DNA of 64,000 nucleotides from contig NC_043004.1 in the NCBI RefSeq assembly GCF_006345805.1, positions 28,086,001 through 28,150,000 of the forward strand, given 5' to 3'. This document shows positions 56,166 to 64,000 of this stretch, one piece after another; the first letter of the stretch is position 1; the number at the start of each line of letters is the position of its first letter. This DNA is from Octopus sinensis. Lineage: Eukaryota. A program made the position numbers and the translations under genes. Under the pieces are notes generated by a model that did not search any database, was not told the DNA's origin, and saw only the letters and a program-made list of their open reading frames with translations.

Positions 56166-56655
56166 TAACGTAAAATTGCATAATGGATTGCCGTCATTTC
56201 ATTCTTTCTTTCTTACCTGTCTGTGTTTGCCTTTCAAGTGCTGTGTTTTTACTGAGATCCCCCTTTTAGTAGAAGGAATAGCTATATCTCTTTGACTGCT
56301 ATTTCTAAATTCGGTGTGTTGGTGAGGCAATTCGTTGCTAAACCCTTAATTACTTAGTATTACTTAAATTTTCCTCGAATGGGGCTTTTACATGCTGAAA
56401 TCTACTTGGTGTAATTGATAATTATCCCTAATTAATTAATTTCACCTTTTATTATTACTGATAACCATATTTTATCCCAGTAAATGACCACAGCAATTTG
56501 TCTTGGCTACACGCGGGTGGAAGGGGGCTGGTGACACAAACTTTCATTCAAACTTTGAATTTCGTGGTACTGGTCATGCTTTAGCTCGCTCTGAGTTGAG
56601 ATGATGCATTCTAGTATCTCAAAATTTAATATACAATTATTCATAATTGTAGTAT

Positions 56656-56748
56656 CCTGCGCCGATGAGAGAAGAAGTACGTGGTAAAGTAGAATTTTCT
56701 AATTCTTACGCTATCCTAAAACTTGATCTCGAAACGTACGTCCGTAGG
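56656..56748 (+). ncRNA. Type-I hammerhead, array 1 copy 2
   Basis: Stem I CCTGCG/CGTAGG; otherwise as copy 1. Confidence 0.75.
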
Positions 56749-57237
56749 TAACGTAAAATTGCATGATGGATTGCCGTCATTTCATTCTTTCTTTCTTACC
56801 TGTCTGTGTTTGCCTTTCAAGTGCTGTGTTTTTACTGAGATCCCCCTTTTAGTAGAAGGAATAGCTATATCTCTTTGACTGCTATTTCTAAATTCGGTGT
56901 GTTGGTGAGGCAATTCGTTGCTAAACCCTTAATTACTTAGTATTACTTAAATTTTCCTCGAATGGGGCTTTTACATGCTGAAATCTACTTGGTGTAATTG
57001 ATAATATCCCTAATTAATTAATTTCACCTTTTATTATTACTGATAACCATATTTTATCCCAGTAAATGACCACAGCATTTTGTCTTGGCTACACGCGGGT
57101 GGAAGGGGGCTGGTGACACAAACTTTCATTCAAACTTTGAATTTCGTGGTACTGGTCATGCTTTAGCTCGCTCTGAGTTGAGATGATGCATTCTAGTATC
57201 TCAAAATTTAATATACAATTATTCATAATTGTAGTAT

Positions 57238-57327
57238 CCTGCGCCGATGAGAGAAAGTACGGGTAAAGTAGAATTTTCTAATTCTTACGCTATCCTAAAA
57301 CTTGATCTCGAAACGTACGTCCGTAGG
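57238..57327 (+). ncRNA. Type-I hammerhead, array 1 copy 3
   Basis: As above, with a 2-nt deletion in the stem II extension. Confidence 0.72.
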
Positions 57328-57820
57328 TAACGTAAAATTGCATGATGGATTGCCGTCATTTCATTCTTTCTTTCTTACCTGTCTGTGTTTGCCTTTCAAG
57401 TGCTGTTTTTTTACTGAGATCCCCCTTTTAGTAGAAGGAATAGCTATATCTCTTTGACTGCTATTTCTAAATTCGGTGTGTGTGTTGGTGAGGCAATTCG
57501 TTGCTAAACCCTTAATTACTTAGTATTACTTAAATTTTCCTCGAATGGGGCTTTTACATGCTGAAATCTACTTGGTGTAATTGATAATTATCCCTAATTA
57601 TTAATTTCACCTTTTATTATTACTGATAACCATATTTTATCCCAGTAAATGACCACAGCATTTTGTCTTGGCTACACGCGGGTGGAAGGGGGCTGGTGAC
57701 ACAAACTTTCATTCAAACTTTGAATTTCGTGGTACTGGTCATGCTTTAGCTCGCTCTGAGTTGAGATGATGCATTCTAGTATCTCAAAATTTAATATGCA
57801 ATTATTCATAATTGTAGTAT

Positions 57821-57913
57821 CCTGCGCCGATGAGAGAAGAAGTACGGGTAAGTAGAATTTTCTAATTCTTACGCTATCCTAAAACTTGATCTCGCGAAAC
57901 GTACGTCCGTAGG
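57821..57913 (+). ncRNA. Type-I hammerhead, array 1 copy 4 (2-nt insertion before GAAA)
   Basis: TCTCGCGAAAC instead of TCTCGAAAC; may be a mutation or a read error. Confidence 0.55.
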
Positions 57914-58401
57914 TAACGTAAAATTGCATGATGGATTGCCGTCATTTCATTCTTTCTTTCTTACCTGTCTGTGTTTGCCTTTCAAGTGCTGTGTTTTTAC
58001 TGAGATCCCCCTTTTAGTAGAAGAATAGCTATATCTCTTTGACTGCTATTTCTAAATTCGGTGTGTTGGTGAGGCAATTCGTTGCTAAACCCTTAATTAC
58101 TTAGTATACTTAAATTTTCCTCGAATGGGGCTTTTACATGCTGAAATCTACTTGGTGTAATTGATAATTATCCCTAATTAATTAATTTCACCTTTTATTA
58201 TTACTGATAACCATATTTTATCCCAGTAAATGACCACAGCATTTTGTCTTGGCTACACGCGGGTGGAAGGGGGCTGGTGACACAAACTTTCATTCAAACT
58301 TTGAATTTCGTGGTACTGGTCATGCTTTAGCTCGCTCTGAGTTGAGATGATGCATTCTAGTATCTCAAAATTTAATATACAATTATTCATAATTGTAGTA
58401 T

Positions 58402-58493
58402 CCTGCGCCGATGAGAGAAGAAGTACGGGTAAAGTAGAATTTTCTAATTATTACGCTATCCTAAAACTTGATCTCGAAACGTACGTCCGTAGG
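58402..58493 (+). ncRNA. Type-I hammerhead, array 1 copy 5
   Basis: As copy 2. Confidence 0.75.
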
Positions 58494-58810
58494 TAACGTA
58501 AAATTGCATGATGGATTGCCGTCATTTCATTCTTTCTTTCTTACCTGTCTGTGTTTGCCTTTCAAGTGCTGTGTTTTTACTGAGATCCCCCTTTTAGTAG
58601 AAGGAATAGCTATATCTCTTTGACTGCTATTTCTAAATTCGGTGTGTTGGTGAGGCAATTCGTTGCTAAACCCTTAATTACTTAGTATTACTTAAATTTT
58701 CCTCGAATGGGGCTTTAACATGCTGAAATCTACTTGGTGTAATTGATAATTATCCCTAATTAATTAATTTCACCTTTTATTATTACTGATAACTATATAT
58801 ATATATATAT

Positions 58811-59160
58811 ATAACGGGAAGCTTTATGAAAATAAACAAAAGACGAAGGCAGGTGGAAAACAAACGAACAATTGTATTAGTATGGCGCTCAGGAAATATA
58901 AATAAAACAAGTCTTTAACGTTTCGAGCCTACGCTCTTCAACAGAAAGATACACAGAGAGAAAAAAATCACAGAAAGAAGGAGAGAAAAAAAATGCGTGC
59001 AGTAGCTAACGAATCAACATGGCGATCTGATTTCGGCCAGAGGTCAAAGATCAAACATGAGACGCGAGAGCGAAATAAGGGGCATGAAATGAATGTAAAA
59101 AAAGTGGTAATATAAGAGAAAATAAAAATACAACAAACGGGACAGTTTATGCGAACAAGT
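58811..59160 (-). mobile_element. PLE-terminus-like remnant abutting (TA)n
   Basis: Starts ATAACGGGAAGCTTTATGAAAATA like 52442; contains a minimal hammerhead motif. Confidence 0.55.
58912..58949 (-). ncRNA. Minimal type-I hammerhead-like motif (CUGUUGA core)
   Basis: TCTTT CTGTTGA A GAGC-gtag-GCTC GAA ACGT T AAAGA. Confidence 0.6.
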
Positions 59161-59244
59161 TCAAGGTTGAAAGTTCAAGGTGAGAAATGTGTATATATAT
59201 ATATATATATGACTGAAACAAGTAAAACAATATATATATATATA

Positions 59245-59621
59245 TATTCTTTTACTTGTTTCAGTTATGTGACTGTGGCCATAATGGACCACCGCCTTTA
59301 GTCGAGCAAATCCACCCCAGTACTTATTCTTTGTAAGCCTAGTATTTATTTTATCGGCCTCTTTTGAAGAACCGCTAAGTTGCCGAGACGTAAGCACACC
59401 AGCATCGGTTGTCAAGCGATGTTGGGGGTACAAACACAGATACACAAGCATATACACACGTATACATATATATGTATGCATATATATATATATACAGGCT
59501 TCTTTTCAGTTTCCGTCTACCAAATCCACTCACAAGGCTTTGGTCGGTCCGATGCTCTAGTAGAAGACACATGCCCAAGGTGCCACGCAGTGGGACTGAA
59601 CCCTGAACAGCTACTCCTACG

Positions 59622-59625
<4 letters not shown>
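59245..59625 (-). mobile_element. SINE family A with internal deletion in the head
   Basis: Reverse complement of 90-462. Confidence 0.8.
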
Positions 59626-59667
<42 letters not shown>

Positions 59668-59709
59668 GAGAGAAAGGGAGAGAGAGAGAGAGAGGAATAT
59701 ATATATATG

Positions 59710-59743
<34 letters not shown>

Positions 59744-59875
59744 AAAATAAGAATAAAGCTGTCCGCTTATTAGCTCCATGAGGCCATCGCCTTAAGTTAG
59801 CTATTTGATACACAAACTGTATCCATATAACCTTCGAACAAGGGAGGTCAGTCGCTCCACACTACTTGACCGGCA

Positions 59876-59922
59876 GCTACAGACGCGTTTCGGGGTATTG
59901 CCCCTTTTCAATGCAGCGTAGA
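59876..59922 (-). ncRNA. Variant hammerhead, array 2, inverted copy
   Basis: Reverse complement of (T)CTACG CTGCATTGA AAA GGGG-caata-CCCC GAA ACGCGT C TGTAGC. Confidence 0.65.
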
Positions 59923-60317
59923 TAGCCAGTAGGTGTCGCTTCCGACAATCTCTGTTCGATGGTTTTATTTACCTAGTTTCGGTGGAATACATCCACTTGT
60001 AGCTGCCGGTCAAGTAGTGTGGAGCGACTGACCTCCCTTGTTCGAAGGTTATATGGATACAGTTTGTGTATCAAATAGCTAACTTAAGGCGATGGCCTCA
60101 TGGAGCTAATAAGCGGACAGCTTTATTCTTATTTTTATAAGAATGCCATATTAGTATGGCGATAACTATTATTTTCCGGGAACACTGCCGCTGTTCTCTT
60201 TTAGAGAGACTTAGTAATTTTAATATTTCTATTATTGAAAACAAGTGGATGTATTCCACCGAAACTAGGTAAATAAAACCATCGAACAGAGATTGTCGGA
60301 AGCGACACTATTGGCTG

Positions 60318-60364
60318 GCTACGCTGCATTGAAAAGGGGCAATACCCCGAAACGCGTCTGTAGC
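60318..60364 (+). ncRNA. Variant hammerhead, array 2 copy 1 (core CUGCAUUGA)
   Basis: Stem I GCTACG/TGTAGC, stem II GGGG/CCCC, GAAA, palindrome ACGCGT, GUC site at 60356-60358. Confidence 0.7.
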
Positions 60365-60678
60365 TGCCGGTCAAGTAGTGTGGAGCGACTGACCTCCCTT
60401 GTTCGAAGGTTATATGGATACAGTTTGTGTATCAAATAGCTAACTTAAGGCGATGGCCTCATGGAGCTAATAAGCGGACAGCTTATTCTTATTTTTATAA
60501 GAATGCCATATTAGTATGGCGATAACTATTATTTTCCGGGAACGCTGCCGCTGTTCTCTTTTAGAGAGACTTAATAATTTTAATATTTCTATTATTGAAA
60601 ACAAGTGGATGTATTCCACCGAAACTAGGTAAATAAAACCATCGAACAGAGATTGTCGGAAGCGACACCTACTGGCTG

Positions 60679-60725
60679 GCTACGCTGCATTGAAAAGGGG
60701 CAATACCCCGAAACGCGTCTGTAGC
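60679..60725 (+). ncRNA. Variant hammerhead, array 2 copy 2
   Basis: Identical motif, GUC ending at 60719. Confidence 0.7.
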
Positions 60726-60919
60726 TGCCGGTCAAGTAGTGTGGAGCGACTGACCTCCCTTGTTCGAAGGTTATATGGATACAGTTTGTGTATCAAATAG
60801 CTAACTTAAGGCGATGGCCTCATGGAGCTAATAAGCGGACAGCTTTATTCTTATTTTATAAAAATGCCATATTAGTAGGCGATAACTATATATATATTAT
60901 ATATATATATATAGATATA

Positions 60920-60993
<74 letters not shown>

Positions 60994-61301
60994 TATATAT
61001 ATTATATATATATATATATGAATGTATATTTAATAGCGAACCATGTAATTCACACCCTGGAAAATTTATTTCTGTAAAATGTTTTTCGGACCCCCAAAAG
61101 AGTTTTGTAGCATATTAGGAGGTCACAGGAATTCAGTAAAAAAAAATTCCAATGATTCCGAGATGGGAGCCCCGCTCGCTCTACCGCCTTTTTGCGTACC
61201 AAAATAAAGGATTTACAGCATATTAAGAAGTCAGTGTACCTGATTCCATGGAAAAAATCCACTTTTTATAATAATAATAATAATAATAATAATAAGAAGA
61301 A

Positions 61302-61380
<79 letters not shown>

Positions 61381-62147
61381 GGATTCAGATAGAGTCGGGT
61401 ACTTGAAAAGATATGAACCAGGTAGGGTTGGATAAACCTGTAGTCACCGCCTACGGTTGATAAATATCCAACAGGATATTCCAGTTGTCTACACAGAGAA
61501 AACCAATCCTATAAGTACTCAGCGCCGAGGAGCCGGTCCAAAGCACACGTTACGTTGATTGTATGTTGTTGGTATACACCAGGGTGTTTGACGTATCGTA
61601 AATCCCTATGATGTATTATTAAATGAATAATAACAGACGATGGATAATTGTCAGCTCATAACAGCTGTTTCTTACACATTTTTAATAGAAGAATGAGAAC
61701 ATTACTTCATTCCGAAAACCGTAATCACCAGATGAAACATAATTTCAAAAACGAAATAATCTCTCAAGAATACAACAGGGATGTGGCTGAAGTCTGTCGA
61801 GGCTTACCATGAAATGGGAGAATGACCAACAAAAGTGGCCGTTGTGATCATTAAGGGGTGGAGTTAGGTTAAGAATTTAGATTGTGAAAGGGTGTAATGT
61901 GATAGTTATACTCAGCGCCACACACACACACACACATATGTATATATATCAGAAGGTTTGGAGATGATGTACAGGTATTATATATTGGGAGAAATAAGGT
62001 ACTCAGAAATCTGGATGGTTTTAAAATTACAGATATTTATTAATATGTCACATGTTTTTATAAATCGTATATTTGCGCTTGCGTCCACTCTAGTGGAGTC
62101 TTTAGATTGAAGGCTCCATTAGAGTGTATCTATCTATATATACATAT

Positions 62148-62189
<42 letters not shown>

Positions 62190-63381
62190 GATGAAGTGTA
62201 CGCGCTCACGCACGCACGCATATTCACACACACACACACACACAGACAGACTCTACGTAAAATAAAAATCAGAATTCCATCAGGATGTTACAGTAAAACG
62301 AGGGCAATATCTCAGTGTACTTCTCCACAATTATTGGCCTCAGTACCAGACTCTATAGATGGAGTTTCTTTGCACTTAAAACAAATCGATATCGTCTGCA
62401 TTTTCTTGTAGAAATATGCAATTTAAACTATGCCGTTATTTACATTTCGGAGAAAAGATCAAATGCATTTTTCCTTGTGCTCTTGTTAATAATTTGACAA
62501 TATTAATTCTGACATTAGCAAAGAGCCACACAATTGGTGTTGGATATTAATGTGGTACATTGATTGATTAAACCCCAGAGCAGTATTGAATTTACTTTAT
62601 CACCCCCAGTCTTAAAAGAAAGAAAGGTAAAGTTAACTACAATTTAATAACAGCGTAAAGATACGTAACTAAATAATCTAAATCATTTAAACTAACTGAA
62701 GAATTCTGGGTAGAAGCTTTTGAAAACGGTGTTGACGGGTTATATTAGGGGTTCACAGACGAAGAAATACTTCCAAAAGAACATGTTTTCACAAGATATA
62801 TATGATGATAGTGTAATAAGAGAGAGGAAACTAAAATGGTTCGGTCTTATAATACGAACATCCAATGACAATGTAGCAGTGGTGTTTCTCCAACTGATAG
62901 GTTCGCTAAGAAATATGGTCCTTAGTTCTGTGTGGATACAAAGTTATCACGCCCAGCAGAGGAAAACAGAGTCTCTTATCTAAGGGGGTGGGAATGATTC
63001 TGCTAACTGGAGAGAAAGAGAAGGAAGGAAGCCCAGAGAAGACTGAACACCTGAGGAACTGCCGAGATGAGGTGGATGGATGAAAAGTAATGTGCAAACA
63101 GGTGGAAAAGATAAGAAAATATGAGAAGATCTTTACTTTGTCACTCTACAGTTTTGACACATAAAGAGTATGTTTAAAAAAAATTAAAGCAAAAACAATA
63201 GCAACAACAAAATACTGTTCCCTTTGATACGACAGCATGATTTTTGTGCCAAAACTTTAGTTCCAACTACGAAGCAGATATTTAGAGACATTATGCGTAA
63301 GATATTAAACGATGATGATGATGATGATGAGGATGATGATGATGATGATGAGGGTAATGGTAGTGGTGGTGCTGGTGCTGG

Positions 63382-63424
<43 letters not shown>

Positions 63425-63434
63425 AATAATAATA

Positions 63435-63485
<51 letters not shown>

Positions 63486-63499
63486 TGATGATGATGATG

Positions 63500-63665
63500 A
63501 GCACCCACCACAACTTAGCCGTAGTACTCAATGAAGTCATGTCCAGCCCTGTGAAAGTCCCAAAGTGGCTTACAGAAGGGATTACATATCTCTTACCAAA
63601 AACAGAAGAAACTACTAACCCCCCATAATACCGACATTATAACATGCCTCACCACCGTATATTAA
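63500..63665 (+). mobile_element. R4/Dong-like RT N-terminal fragment
   Basis: PKWLTEGITYLLPK..ET.NP..YR motif after an (AAT/GAT)n tract. Confidence 0.6.
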
Positions 63666-63928
63666 GGGCTCCCGATCCTCTGTGTCAGAAGAGTATATTA
63701 AGTATATTAAGCAACTCCCTGGTAACTTCGATCTCTGTGATCTACAAAAGATAACCTTGATGGATATAGCCTATATACTACGGAAAGCACTCTCCATCTA
63801 AAATGGAATAAATGTGGTAATAATTTTAGCATGCATAGCAAAGCAAAAGTGCCCTTGCTACTCTTGACCTCCAGAGGATGCCCGGTACTAAGGCAGCTGA
63901 AATGAAGTTATAATGAAAAGAAACCATA

Positions 63929-63999
<71 letters not shown>

Positions 64000-64000
64000 C

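Larger units (their letters stand above)
55494..58793. repeat. Hammerhead-bearing tandem array 1 (about 582-bp non-coding unit; inverted 490-bp leader, then about 4.8 forward units) in (TA)n
   Basis: Predicted cleavage sites after 56159, 56742, 57321, 57907 and 58487 (spacing 583, 579, 586, 580); 55494-55984 is the reverse complement of the unit. Confidence 0.95.
59741..60889. repeat. Hammerhead-bearing tandem array 2 (361-bp non-coding unit; inverted 260-bp leader, then 2.5 forward units) in (TA)n
   Basis: Forward units 59998-60358, 60359-60719 and partial 60720-60889; 59741-60000 is the reverse complement of the unit. Confidence 0.95.

Noticed and set aside
55494-60889. CRISPR-like or classical satellite reading of the arrays
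   Set aside because: Whole units repeat with no unique spacers, the context is eukaryotic with no cas genes, and the inverted leader, TA flanks and ribozyme point to retroposition

Overview
AT-rich animal genomic DNA, most likely a cephalopod (Octopus-type; inferred from the SINE families and the density of (TA)n/(TATG)n/(AAT)n microsatellites, not from a database search). I found no convincing host-gene exon; most ORFs in the track are translations of microsatellites. The window holds tRNA-derived SINEs, RTE and R4/Dong-type LINE remnants, mariner remnants and two Penelope-like retroelements (PLEs) with RT and GIY-YIG endonuclease (8.6-12.8 kb +, 32.4-34.2 kb -). The strongest signal is non-coding. 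Two unrelated, nearly homogeneous tandem arrays (about 582-bp unit at 55.5-58.8 kb; 361-bp unit at 59.7-60.9 kb) sit in (TA)n, start with an inverted segment and carry one type-I hammerhead ribozyme motif per unit, each with a non-canonical core (CCGAUGA; CUGCAUUGA). In the 361-bp array the forward strand begins exactly at the predicted self-cleavage site, suggesting a ribozyme-processed, possibly circular, RNA was reverse-transcribed in rolling fashion (retrozyme-like, PLE-mobilised). Several more hammerhead-like motifs with variant cores occur in PLE termini. All folds were derived by eye; no ribozyme activity is demonstrated.
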